A stretch of DNA of 64,000 nt, from assembly GCA_003154195.1 (NCBI GenBank), contig PMCS01000025.1, forward strand, positions 16,662-80,661, given 5' to 3'. Below, one piece after another: positions 44,123-52,957 of the stretch; the stretch's first letter is position 1, and each line of letters starts with the position of its first letter. The position numbers and the translations under genes are program-made. The notes beneath the pieces are model-generated. The model saw only the letters and a list, made by a program, of their open reading frames with translations, ran no database searches and had not been told where the DNA came from. Source of the stretch: Candidatus Omnitrophota bacterium (GTDB lineage: Bacteria > Omnitrophota > Gorgyraeia > Duberdicusellales > 4484-171).

Positions 44123-45030
44123 GCGATTAACCCTTTATACGATAGGCGTCTTCCTGCTACTGATTCTAACAGATAATTTAATCGTTCGCAACCTTTCATT
44201 TCGGCCATGCCAAAACGCGTTTCAAACTCTGATAAATAACGGTGCAGATGTTTCCAGCTTAAATGATGGAATGTTCCGTAATAACCACGTTTTAACAATG
44301 CCCAAAAAGATTCCATACCGTTCGTATGAGCTTGCCCGCGGACATACTCACCCATAGAATGATTAACGCTGTAATGGTTATAGTCTTTAATTCCGAGGTA
44401 AGAACGATGGTCATCTGTGTAAAGAGTTGTTCCTGTTGCAACATTTTCTTGTATAAAATTATGCAATTCATTCTTTTCAGTATTCGGAACCATCTTAATT
44501 TTAACCCTGCCAGACCTTTCACGTATTCCAGCTACAGCCTGTTTCCCTGCTGGCCCACGGCCCAAATCAGACTTTTTATTAAAATGTTTATTTTTCTCTT
44601 TACCTCCAAGATAAGTTTCGTCAGCTTCGACAGTTCCACTTAACGGGCCACCAGTTGCACCCATTCCCTCGGCTACATCACGAAGACGACCTAACATGAA
44701 CCATGCTGTTTTTTGCGTTACGCCTATTTCCCGCGCTAATTGGCAACTGCTGATACCTTTACGATTGCTGGTGATGAGCCATGCGGCAGAAAACCATTTG
44801 CGAAGCGGTAAACGGCTTTCTTCAAAAATAGTTCCCTTGCGAACGGAAAATGTCTTATTACAATCGGCGCATTTATAGACATAACACCGTTTGATATGAT
44901 GTATCTTTCGGCTGCTTCCGCAACAAGGACACACTATCCCGGTGGGCCAACGTAAACTTTCGAGGTGTTTGATGCAAGATTCTTCGGTAGGAAATTTCTT
45001 CATTAAATCGTAAAGACTATTCGCTTCCAT
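44119..45030 (-). CDS. IS1595-family (ISXO2-like) transposase
   Basis: N-terminal zinc ribbon CPCCGS...CADCNKTFS and a DDE domain. The protein is 303 aa. Its stop overlaps the methyltransferase start (ATGA). Confidence 0.85.
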   Translation of the reverse strand: MEANSLYDLMKKFPTEESCIKHLESLRWPTGIVCPCCGSSRKIHHIKRCYVYKCADCNKTFSVRKGTIFEESRLPLRKWFSAAWLITSNRKGISSCQLAREIGVTQKTAWFMLGRLRDVAEGMGATGGPLSGTVEADETYLGGKEKNKHFNKKSDLGRGPAGKQAVAGIRERSGRVKIKMVPNTEKNELHNFIQENVATGTTLYTDDHRSYLGIKDYNHYSVNHSMGEYVRGQAHTNGMESFWALLKRGYYGTFHHLSWKHLHRYLSEFETRFGMAEMKGCERLNYLLESVAGRRLSYKGLIA

Positions 45031-45085
45031 AATGGGCCTCCTTATTTACCTTACACACCCATTATACCATACCTTTATGGTTGTG

Positions 45086-45370
45086 TCAAGTATATAAGTC
45101 CCTTTCTTTAAGTATCTTTATAATTTTCATCGCTTTATCGAAAAGAGTTTCCGCCTCGGCAAACTTAGCTTGCAAATCGAAAAGAACCGCCAGATTACTG
45201 ACATAGGGCACCAACGATTGATGCATCGTGCCGTAAGTCTGTTCGGCGCCGATTAGTATTTTTTCCGCCCCTTCCAGAGCCCGGCTGTAAAAACCTTTCT
45301 GATAAAGTTCAAAAACCTTTTCATTGATACTGGTAACCGAAGGAATTAATATTTTTGAAAGTCGGGCCAT
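45086..45370 (-). pseudogene. N-terminal fragment (94 aa) of the IS-interrupted TPR gene
   Basis: TPR-like sequence that runs into the IS right end and stops. In the reconstructed pre-insertion sequence it is in frame with 41681..42556. Confidence 0.7.
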
Positions 45371-45458
45371 ATTTTTTTAATAACCAAAAAACTAAAAAAC
45401 CTAAGAACCTAAAAACAAAAAATTGGATGGCGAAAAATATTTACCGGTTTCAGGTTCT

Positions 45459-46019
45459 TCAGTTCTTTAGTTTTTCGGTTATCTTCTCAAAAATCTCTTC
45501 CGGTTCAGGCATCCGGCCGTCGCCGCACGCACCGCAGGCAAGCTCACCCTTTTCCGGCGGCATAATCATATACTTTCCTAACCGCCTTAATTTATCGGCG
45601 TTATCCTGAATAATTTTATTCTGCCACATCTTTTCATTCATCGCCGGAACCAGCAAAACATTGACCTTATCCGAGAAAGCGCAAACAACCGTCGTCAGCA
45701 GATTATCGCAGATTCCTCCGGCAATTTTAGAAAGGGTATTAGCCGTCAGCGGCGCGATAACACATAAATCCGGCCAGTCGGCAAGAGAAATATGCTCGAC
45801 GCCTTCCCGGCGGTCAAGCGAAAACATATCCGTATACACTGGATTATTTGACAATGCCTGAAAAACAAGAGGCGAAACAAATTTTGCCGCCGCTTCAGTC
45901 ATAACCACCTTCACGCTATATCCGCCTTTAACCAATAACCTTACCAATTCGCAGGTTTTATAACTGGCGATCCCGGCACACACTCCGACTAATATATTTT
46001 TTCCTTTTTTCATATACAT
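45459..46019 (-). CDS. coaC: Phosphopantothenoylcysteine decarboxylase (stand-alone CoaC flavoprotein)
   Basis: Flavoprotein domain with KNILVGVCAGIASYKTCELVRLL, corresponding to the Dfp N-terminal half. Confidence 0.8.
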   Translation of the reverse strand: MYMKKGKNILVGVCAGIASYKTCELVRLLVKGGYSVKVVMTEAAAKFVSPLVFQALSNNPVYTDMFSLDRREGVEHISLADWPDLCVIAPLTANTLSKIAGGICDNLLTTVVCAFSDKVNVLLVPAMNEKMWQNKIIQDNADKLRRLGKYMIMPPEKGELACGACGDGRMPEPEEIFEKITEKLKN

Positions 46020-46124
46020 CTCCTTCTCCCATTACTGTCGATTGATCCACAGAACATTCTTTTATTCTTTATAATAGACGCTCCGTTTATTCGTTTAATG
46101 CAAGTTTTATTAAGCCGACTAGAT

Positions 46125-47126
46125 TTAACGCGATTCCATTCGGATATCGAAAACACCGTTGATTAAGGAAATTCTCTTCTTTCGCACAATCTGATTATTT
46201 TCTTTATCCATAGTTTGGATTAATTTAATAATATCTTGATTGCCCGCCGCTTGCGCGATGTCCCGCGCATTCTTGCCATCTTTATTTTTTCGCTCCACAT
46301 CGGCTCCATTTTTTATCAAAATATCGGCAATCTCTTTTTGATTATTATGGCAAGCATACATCAGGGCTGTCCAACCGCTACTGTTTGACTCATCAAGATA
46401 TACGTGCTGATCGCTAAGAAGTAATTTCACAATATCCTCATGGCCTTCGCGAACGGCTAATGCCAACGGAGCGTTGCCGGTCATCGGATCGCCTCCCCCC
46501 TTACCTGTGCTATTGGCGCTGGCTTTATTCGCCATAAGAATTTTCACTATTTCTGTATACCCATTCTGTGCGGCAATTTGCAATGGGGTTAAAGCCGGTA
46601 TGTCTCTTCCATAAAATAAGCTCGGGTTTATGTCCGGCTTTACGCCGTTTTTCAATAGCCGTTTAACTTTTTCTAAATTATTTTGTTCTACGGCGGCTAC
46701 TAAACTACTATATAATTTTTTCGCAATATCCAATTTTGCCCTTATTAATTTTATCGCCTCATTAGGGCCGGTATTATCGGCGCCAATTGAATAATAAACA
46801 AAAGGATCACCAGCCTGGACATCGGCGCCTTTATCTAATAAATAATTAACTATATCAAGGTGCCCCGCGAAAGCGGCAGCCACTAAGGCTGTCTGGCCTT
46901 TAGAAGTAGCATAATTTACATCGGTGCCTTGCTCAACTAAAGATTTGACTTCGGCTAATTGGCCTTTTTCAGCGGGTAGTACCAGGTTATGGCGTGGCGC
47001 CTTGTCAAATAACTCGGCGTTATTTTTTTTACCATACCCCGCAGAAGGCCCACTAAGGCTAACCAAAATTATTAAGCCAAATAATTGCAAAATCTTTTTC
47101 ATTATTTTTTCCCCATCTTGCCACAA
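46125..47126 (-). CDS. Secreted ankyrin-repeat protein
   Basis: A signal peptide (probable start Met9 at 47102) and at least 5 ANK repeats (GQTALVAAAFAGHLDIVNYLLDKGADV, TPLQIAAQNGYTEIVKILM, WTALMYACHNNQKEIADILIKNGADV). Confidence 0.85.
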   Translation of the reverse strand: MWQDGEKIMKKILQLFGLIILVSLSGPSAGYGKKNNAELFDKAPRHNLVLPAEKGQLAEVKSLVEQGTDVNYATSKGQTALVAAAFAGHLDIVNYLLDKGADVQAGDPFVYYSIGADNTGPNEAIKLIRAKLDIAKKLYSSLVAAVEQNNLEKVKRLLKNGVKPDINPSLFYGRDIPALTPLQIAAQNGYTEIVKILMANKASANSTGKGGGDPMTGNAPLALAVREGHEDIVKLLLSDQHVYLDESNSSGWTALMYACHNNQKEIADILIKNGADVERKNKDGKNARDIAQAAGNQDIIKLIQTMDKENNQIVRKKRISLINGVFDIRMESR

Positions 47127-47740
47127 AATAAAATACTACGAATCTTATCCGCCAAGTCTTCCTTCGAATTTGACTCAACTATCTTCTTATACTTATCGAT
47201 CAAAAATGCCTTATATCCTTTTTTTAAATCTTCATAAGCGTTCGCCACGACCAAATCGCTTTTATTGCGCAAAAGGCTATCGTATGCTTTATCGATTAAA
47301 CCCTCGCGCCCTATCTCCAGTTTAAATTGCACAAGCTTTGCCGCCGGAACGGCCTTTCTTATTATTTTAATGATTTTTTCGGCGGGCATAAGATTTAAAC
47401 TCAAACTTTTCTTCCCCGAAGAAATCTTGCCGCCAAATGCTCTTGCCAATTTATAATCGCTTACTGCCGCGCTATGAATAACTGCGTCGTATTTTTTTCC
47501 GGCCAGCTCGCACTTCACTACCTGCTTCAGTTCGTCAAAGTAACGGAACGGAACAACTCTTATCCCCTTTTCTTTGATTTCGCCTAAAGCATGGTTATTG
47601 ACCACCAGCGTAACATCACACCCCTTATCGCGCAGCCGGCGCGCGATAAACAAACCGGTAGCGCCGGTAAAGACGGTAGTCAAAATCCTTACCTCATCGA
47701 TTTTTATCCAGGTCGGCCCGGCCGTCACTAACATTTTCAT
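47102..47740 (-). CDS. coaB: Phosphopantothenate-cysteine ligase (stand-alone CoaB)
   Basis: DFP domain with LVTAGPTWIKIDEVRILTTVFTGATGLFIA and HSAAVSDYK. Confidence 0.8.
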   Translation of the reverse strand: MKMLVTAGPTWIKIDEVRILTTVFTGATGLFIARRLRDKGCDVTLVVNNHALGEIKEKGIRVVPFRYFDELKQVVKCELAGKKYDAVIHSAAVSDYKLARAFGGKISSGKKSLSLNLMPAEKIIKIIRKAVPAAKLVQFKLEIGREGLIDKAYDSLLRNKSDLVVANAYEDLKKGYKAFLIDKYKKIVESNSKEDLADKIRSILFCGKMGKK

Positions 47741-47778
47741 AAATTATTCATTCTATGATTGAATAAAAAAATAATGTG

Positions 47779-47924
47779 GTCCACAGATTTCTCAGATTAC
47801 TCGGATTAAAAAATTATAAATAGAAAATCAAACCGTAGGACAGAATAAAGTATCGATGTTTTTTCCAACCCATTAGTTCATATTCTTTCCGCAAAATCTG
47901 TGAAAATCTGAGTAATCTGTGGAC
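47779..47924. repeat. Inverted-repeat element, family A copy 2 (MITE-like, 146 bp)
   Basis: gtccacagatttctcagattactcggatt (47779-47807) is inverted relative to aaatctgtgaaaatctgagtaatctgtggac (47894-47924). Confidence 0.75.
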
Positions 47925-47958
47925 AAAAAATCTTTTGTTTTTAACAATTTCCCCTTTC

Positions 47959-48711
47959 CTAAGGCAAGTAGTCGGTTTTAATTTTTTTCAACGCCTTGAA
48001 GATATTCCCCTTGATGTTAACTGCCGGGTTTATTTCTTCGAGTTGAGCGATGATGTCTTTCATTGTTTTACGCTTCGACTGCTTGCCGAACGGGCATTCA
48101 TAGCCGGTAACCGGCAGGTTCAATTTCGAAGCGAAATTAGCGATTGTTTTTTTCGGTACATAGCACAGCGGCCGGATTATGGTAAGCCTCCCATCGAATA
48201 AATCAATCTTCGGTTTCATCGTGCTAATCTCGCCGTGAAAACACATATTCATCAGCGTCGTTTCCACCGTATCGTCGAGATTATGCCCCAGGGCGACTTT
48301 GTTACACCCTAAATCCCGCGCCGTTTCAAAAATAATTTTCCGGCGGTTCCAGGAACACCAGAAACAGTCTATTTCCTTGTCAGACAAAGTAAGCGTTTTA
48401 ACTACGCACTCTATACCGGTATCTTTAATATAATCCAATAATGGCTTAGGGTCAATCCTGATAAAATTAGCGTCAACAAAACAAACTACAAACTGAAAAC
48501 TCTTCATGGGGATGCGCTCTTTACGCATCAGAAATAACTTTAACAACGAAAGGCTGTCCGAGCCGCCGGAAACCCCGATAAGAATCTTATCATTCTCCGC
48601 CAGCATCTGGTAATCAAAGATAGCCTTACCCATAAACTTATAGGTGTCCTTAACGACACCGCGCAAATCGATTTTATGAGTCCGGGAATAGGCGATTTCG
48701 GTTGAGTTCAT
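47959..48711 (-). CDS. ttcA: PP-loop ATPase, TtcA-like tRNA thiolation enzyme
   Basis: SGGSDS PP-loop, the ALGHNLDDTVETTLMN block, and Cys motifs (CFWCSW). Confidence 0.7.
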   Translation of the reverse strand: MNSTEIAYSRTHKIDLRGVVKDTYKFMGKAIFDYQMLAENDKILIGVSGGSDSLSLLKLFLMRKERIPMKSFQFVVCFVDANFIRIDPKPLLDYIKDTGIECVVKTLTLSDKEIDCFWCSWNRRKIIFETARDLGCNKVALGHNLDDTVETTLMNMCFHGEISTMKPKIDLFDGRLTIIRPLCYVPKKTIANFASKLNLPVTGYECPFGKQSKRKTMKDIIAQLEEINPAVNIKGNIFKALKKIKTDYLP

Positions 48712-48932
48712 AATCTTATGGTATTATAGGCAAAATACGCTATATTGCAACGAATATAAGCTTTTGCCGGAGCAGGCAACTTGGAGTATAATTTAGGCGG
48801 ATAAATTCAACAAAAAAGTGCTATTTTTTGTATGAAAACGGTTTATTTTTGTTAAAATATTTAAGGGTCACACAGAAAATACGGAGTCTGCATATTAATT
48901 GTTAGAAATAATAATAAAATTAATTAAAGATC

Positions 48933-48975
48933 TTGACAATACGTACGTTATATGGTACGTTTTATATGGAGGTGA
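48933..48975 (+). promoter_or_regulatory. Putative yefM-yoeB promoter with repeated ACGTAC operator half-sites
   Basis: TTGACA is followed by acgtacgttatatggtacgt and then the RBS GGAGGTGA 5 bp before the ATG. Confidence 0.4.
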
Positions 48976-48980
48976 TTTAA

Positions 48981-49223
48981 ATGACCACGTTAAGCGCCAC
49001 CCAAGCAAGAGGCCGACTGTATAAATTGTTAGATGCTGCCGCAATTTCCCACGAGCCTATCCAAATTACCGGCAAACGCCATAATGCTGTTTTGATTGCC
49101 GAAGACGATTGGCGTTCAATCAAAGAAACATTATATTTGCTGTCAATCCCGGGGATGAGAAGGTCTATTCAAAAAGGCCTAAAAACTCCGGTTTCAAAAT
49201 GCGCTAAGATTATCAAATGGTAA
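48981..49223 (+). CDS. yefM: YefM/Phd-family antitoxin
   Basis: 80 aa. The N-terminal ATQARGRLYKLLD...PIQIT matches the Phd/YefM fold signature. Confidence 0.85.
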   Translation: MTTLSATQARGRLYKLLDAAAISHEPIQITGKRHNAVLIAEDDWRSIKETLYLLSIPGMRRSIQKGLKTPVSKCAKIIKW

Positions 49224-49483
49224 ATTGGCAATTAGTTTATACCAAGCAAGCCCAAAAAGACGCCAAAAAGCTCTCCACTGCCGGTTTACGGCCAAAAGCG
49301 GAAGAACTTCTTTTAATCTTGCAAAAAAATCCTTTCCCAGCCCCTCCTCCGTTTGAAAAATTAGTAGGCGATTTAGCGGGAGCTTACTCGCGTAGAATAA
49401 ATATCCAGCACCGTCTTGTTTATCAGATTATCAAAGAAACACACACCATAAAAATCATAAGAATGTGGACGCATTATGAATAG
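49217..49483 (+). CDS. yoeB: YoeB/Txe-family toxin
   Basis: 88 aa carrying ...RINIQHRLVYQI...IKIIRMWTHYE, which is the YoeB C-terminus. It overlaps yefM by 7 bp. Confidence 0.85.
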   Translation: MVNWQLVYTKQAQKDAKKLSTAGLRPKAEELLLILQKNPFPAPPPFEKLVGDLAGAYSRRINIQHRLVYQIIKETHTIKIIRMWTHYE

Positions 49484-49513
49484 ATTTTCTAACCAACAAA
49501 TCCAGCCGACCTT

Positions 49514-49556
49514 GCCCGCCGCCTAATGGCGGCGAGGCGGGCGGCTGATTTTTGTG
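49514..49556 (+). terminator. Rho-independent terminator of yefM-yoeB
   Basis: gcccgccgcc-taat-ggcggcgaggcgggc followed by ggctgattttt. Confidence 0.7.
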
Positions 49557-49568
49557 TTAAAATAACTT

Positions 49569-50114
49569 ATGCCTAAAAAAATAACGAGACAACTGCTGAT
49601 ATCCGTTGTCATCGCCGTTGGCTGCGCCGGCGTAAGTTTCGCTAAAGAACCACAAATAATAAAAAAACGCCAGGCCATTGAAATACTACGTGGCAGGAGC
49701 CTGAAGCTCTGTTACCAATCCGAAGAACAAGTGCTGATTACCAACGGGATAATGCTTAACATCTATGACGAAATAGAAAGATTAAAAAACGCGGCCGGGA
49801 TATTCAATAGTTTTAGATTGGACTCCTGTATCGATAAAGACGCCGGAATACCTAAATATTGCATCTATTATACCGGTAAAGATTTTGAACTATATCTTGC
49901 GTTCGACCACTGCGGGTCCTGCTGTCACACCTTCCGTAAACCCGAATCATTATCTAACAGCTCAGGGATTACGCGCCGATACATCATTAAAAAAATTGAT
50001 TCGTGGTTAATCGTATGGGGGGATTCAAGAGATGAATCGGTAGAAAATGCTATCGCCGGGATTGCTGAAAATATCCTGCGCGAATTTAAAACAAAAATCA
50101 ATGACCCGCAATAA
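49569..50114 (+). CDS. Hypothetical secreted Cys-rich protein
   Basis: 181 aa with a signal peptide and 8 Cys. No recognisable domain. Confidence 0.4.
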   Translation: MPKKITRQLLISVVIAVGCAGVSFAKEPQIIKKRQAIEILRGRSLKLCYQSEEQVLITNGIMLNIYDEIERLKNAAGIFNSFRLDSCIDKDAGIPKYCIYYTGKDFELYLAFDHCGSCCHTFRKPESLSNSSGITRRYIIKKIDSWLIVWGDSRDESVENAIAGIAENILREFKTKINDPQ

Positions 50115-50117
50115 AAC

Positions 50118-50286
50118 GGCTAGGGTAAGGGTAAAGATGCCCGTATGGGCCATGGTTATGGTCAAGGCTTTAAATTAGTATCAGCCTTAACCTTTGCCTT
50201 AACCCAAACTGGCTTTCCGCCTTCGCTATTGCTTCGGCGAGACTTCTCCGAAGCTCGAAGAGTGAAGGAGAGCCTATCCCTAGCCC
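50118..50286. repeat. Complex inverted-repeat element, family D copy 1 (GGCTAGGGT ... ACCCTAGCC termini)
   Basis: It shares an ~85-bp block, in reverse complement, and the ggctagggtaagggtaaagatgcc module with 61848-62062. Confidence 0.75.
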
Positions 50287-50294
50287 TCACCCAA

Positions 50295-51050
50295 TTATAT
50301 TATCTCCAGCTCTTCCTTCCTGATCCACCCCAGTTTTCCGTCCAATCGCTTGACCTTAAGCCACTGGCCTTTATCTTCGACTAAAATAACTTTTTCGCCG
50401 CCGTAAATCGTAAAATGGGTGACGGCGGCGTTACCAGGCTCAAATTTAACGTTAGCCTTCTCCGCGATAATAACCGCTTCTTTGCCGAACAGTTGGGAAC
50501 GCGAAAATAAATCATAAATACCCAGGCCCATCAAAAGAAAAAGCGCGGCGGCGAGGTAAAAAAACTGTTTTTTAAAAGCCGGTAAAAATAACCGCCCGGC
50601 CAGCAACGAAAACAATAAAATATTAAGTATGGCGATAAAAATCGCCAAACCATCCGGCGCGAATGAAGCGTATAGCCAGTCGATAAACTTTTCGAGGTTA
50701 TTCTTCTCGCCGGTTTTATAGCTTTGGGTAAGCTGGCTGATAACCAATTCATGATTAGAATTCAAATCGGCGTCGGACGGCGCAAGCCGCCGGGCGCGTT
50801 CGTAAAAAAGCGCGGCCCGCGGAAAATCGCTTTTTTTATAAAAGCAATTTCCTATATTGTAATAAAGATTAGCGCTCTCATACCCTTTGCCCGCGATGTC
50901 GGAATACAACTTCAGGGCATTATCATATTTACCTTCCTCATAATAAAGATTGGCGCGATAAAACCCTGTTTTGTCTATACCGGATTGGGCATGGGCCGAC
51001 GCACATAATAAAAATACTGCGATAATTGCTGTCGGGATAAACGTCTTCAC
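50295..51050 (-). CDS. batE: BatE-like protein (TPR + TM + bacterial SH3 domain)
   Basis: TPR repeats, a TM segment, and a C-terminal SH3b domain (GQWLKVKRLDGKLGWIRKEEL). It is the last gene of the Bat operon. Confidence 0.7.
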   Translation of the reverse strand: MKTFIPTAIIAVFLLCASAHAQSGIDKTGFYRANLYYEEGKYDNALKLYSDIAGKGYESANLYYNIGNCFYKKSDFPRAALFYERARRLAPSDADLNSNHELVISQLTQSYKTGEKNNLEKFIDWLYASFAPDGLAIFIAILNILLFSLLAGRLFLPAFKKQFFYLAAALFLLMGLGIYDLFSRSQLFGKEAVIIAEKANVKFEPGNAAVTHFTIYGGEKVILVEDKGQWLKVKRLDGKLGWIRKEELEII

Positions 51051-52879
51051 TTTAATCTCCTCTCGCTGTAATCAATAATCTTTTTTACCGTTTTTAAATC
51101 TTCTTTCATCGAGGCTGGCTCAAACTGCTGCGACGAAAAACGCGCCATATCGCATTGCCCGAAGATATGTTTTAACGAATCGATAATTTCCTTATCCCAT
51201 CCTTTACTTTCCAACAGGCCGGCGATATCGACGGTGATACCGCGCCAGGGAAGGCGCAGTTTATAACCGAGATATTGCTGCAGGGTCTTAAACAATGTCT
51301 CGTAGAATTCCCTGGATTTACTGTCGGATAAAAATGCTGCCGCCGTTTTAAGGCCCTTGGCGGCAACGGACGGCGCTTTAAGTTTTTTCGCGTAAGCGTC
51401 GTCTACCATCAACCGCCGGTAATGCTTGTTGATCAGGGAAACGATAACAAAGCACAGCAGGGGCAGAAATTGCAAAAGCCAGAAAATCCTGTTTTTAAAA
51501 AGATAATGCCCTTTTTTTCTTAACGCCCCGGCTAAATCCTTAATATAAATGATGTCCCGGCCCAAAACCTGGGTAACGGTTGTTTTTTGCGTTGCGGGAT
51601 TTTGTTCGACGATTTTTTGTGTTTCCGCTCTTCCCTTACTTACAGTAATAGGAAACGGCCCTTTTTCGATGGTCGAATAACGGCCGTCGGCGGTATTAAA
51701 AAAACTAAACGATATCCCGGGGATGGCGGTAACTTTTTCGGTTTTAGGCATCACGACATATTCAAAAATCTTAGAATTTTCGCCGTTGGTTATCCTCGGC
51801 TCATAAACCTTAAAATCATTTTCGCTTAAACCCAAACCGGGGGTGGTTACGGTATCAAAATTACCCTTGCCGCTTACAGCAAGTCTTAATGTTATCGGAT
51901 CGCCCACGCTTACCTCGGGGGGGCCGGCCTGCGCGTCCAGGTTAAATCCGCCGATTGCGCCGTTAAAATTTGCCGGTTTATTTTCTTCCGGCAAGGGGGA
52001 AACGACCACGCCGACGCCGGCGGCATCCAGGTTTAACGGCTGTGTCCTGGCCGCGCCGAAAAAATCCTCAAAAAGGCTGTCGTCAATAAGACCGTCAAAA
52101 GCGCCGAACGAAGGCAGCCTTCTTTGCCTCTCCGGTTTCACCATAAGATAGCATTCAAAATTAGCCGGGCCAAGCGACAACTCGCCTGATTTGACGGCAA
52201 AAGTTTCCACGCTAAAATCTACCACATCATAGTAAACCCCGTTGAGCATGTCTTTATATTGCCGGGGCTGGCTGAACTGCGCCAGAGAAAAACCATCATG
52301 GCTAATCTGCGGCACCCCGCCGCGGGACAATCTGATATCTAAATCCTTCACGTATAATTTTATCGAAAGGTTAAACTTTTCATTAATATACACCTTACGT
52401 TTTTCCGGCTGGATCACTAAAAATATCTTATCGCCGATGTTCTTAGCCTCGGCCCGGCTCTCCTCTCCTTCGCGGTTATTAACATTAGCGGGCGAAGCGG
52501 GTTTATCAACCACTTCGATAGTTATCGCGTTGGAAGTATATTGTTTATCTTTGTAGTCGACGGTAAACGGCCCGATGTTAAAAGTGCCGGTTTTAACCGC
52601 CGCGAGCAGATAGGCATGGCTTACGGAAGCAGAAGATTTGCCGTTGATAATGGTTAAATTTGACGACGGGCCGAGATAGCGGCTGCTGCTGAAACCGTCA
52701 ACCGTTCCCAAATCTGGCGCCGGAAGGTCCTGCGCCCCCTCAAAATTTAAACTGAGATAAATCCCGTCGCCCAACACGACCTTTTCCTTATCCACAGAAA
52801 GGGTCAAGCTCTCCGCCGGCGCCGTACCGCACAACAATCCCGAAATAAACAACAAGGTAATTACTTTCTTCATATTCAC
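51047..52879 (-). CDS. batD: BatD-like oxygen-tolerance protein
   Basis: 610 aa. It has a signal peptide, a large periplasmic domain and a TM segment near residue 460. It follows batC in the operon. Confidence 0.6.
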   Translation of the reverse strand: MNMKKVITLLFISGLLCGTAPAESLTLSVDKEKVVLGDGIYLSLNFEGAQDLPAPDLGTVDGFSSSRYLGPSSNLTIINGKSSASVSHAYLLAAVKTGTFNIGPFTVDYKDKQYTSNAITIEVVDKPASPANVNNREGEESRAEAKNIGDKIFLVIQPEKRKVYINEKFNLSIKLYVKDLDIRLSRGGVPQISHDGFSLAQFSQPRQYKDMLNGVYYDVVDFSVETFAVKSGELSLGPANFECYLMVKPERQRRLPSFGAFDGLIDDSLFEDFFGAARTQPLNLDAAGVGVVVSPLPEENKPANFNGAIGGFNLDAQAGPPEVSVGDPITLRLAVSGKGNFDTVTTPGLGLSENDFKVYEPRITNGENSKIFEYVVMPKTEKVTAIPGISFSFFNTADGRYSTIEKGPFPITVSKGRAETQKIVEQNPATQKTTVTQVLGRDIIYIKDLAGALRKKGHYLFKNRIFWLLQFLPLLCFVIVSLINKHYRRLMVDDAYAKKLKAPSVAAKGLKTAAAFLSDSKSREFYETLFKTLQQYLGYKLRLPWRGITVDIAGLLESKGWDKEIIDSLKHIFGQCDMARFSSQQFEPASMKEDLKTVKKIIDYSERRLK

Positions 52880-52957
52880 TTTTTCGTATTTTCTTACAAC
52901 ATAAAAATTTTAGCCTTTTTTCGCGATACAAGTTTTTAAAAGGGGTAAAATTTTTAT

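Larger units (their letters stand above)
42594..45102 (-). mobile_element. IS1595-family transporter IS carrying a type II restriction-modification system
   Basis: 15-bp terminal inverted repeats GGGAATTATATACTT (42594-42608) and AAGTATATAAGTCCC (45088-45102) match at 14 of 15 positions. They are flanked by an 8-bp direct repeat TTTCTTTA (42586-42593 and 45103-45110). The element contains the transposase, methyltransferase and endonuclease genes in one orientation. Confidence 0.8.

Noticed and set aside
44119-45030. IS1595 transposase as a stand-alone simple IS of ~1 kb
   Set aside because: No inverted repeat is found adjacent to the transposase 3' end at ~44100; the tnp stop overlaps the methyltransferase start. 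The matching TIR is instead found 1.5 kb further on at 42594-42608, beyond the R-M genes, with an 8-bp target duplication. The element is therefore the larger transporter IS.
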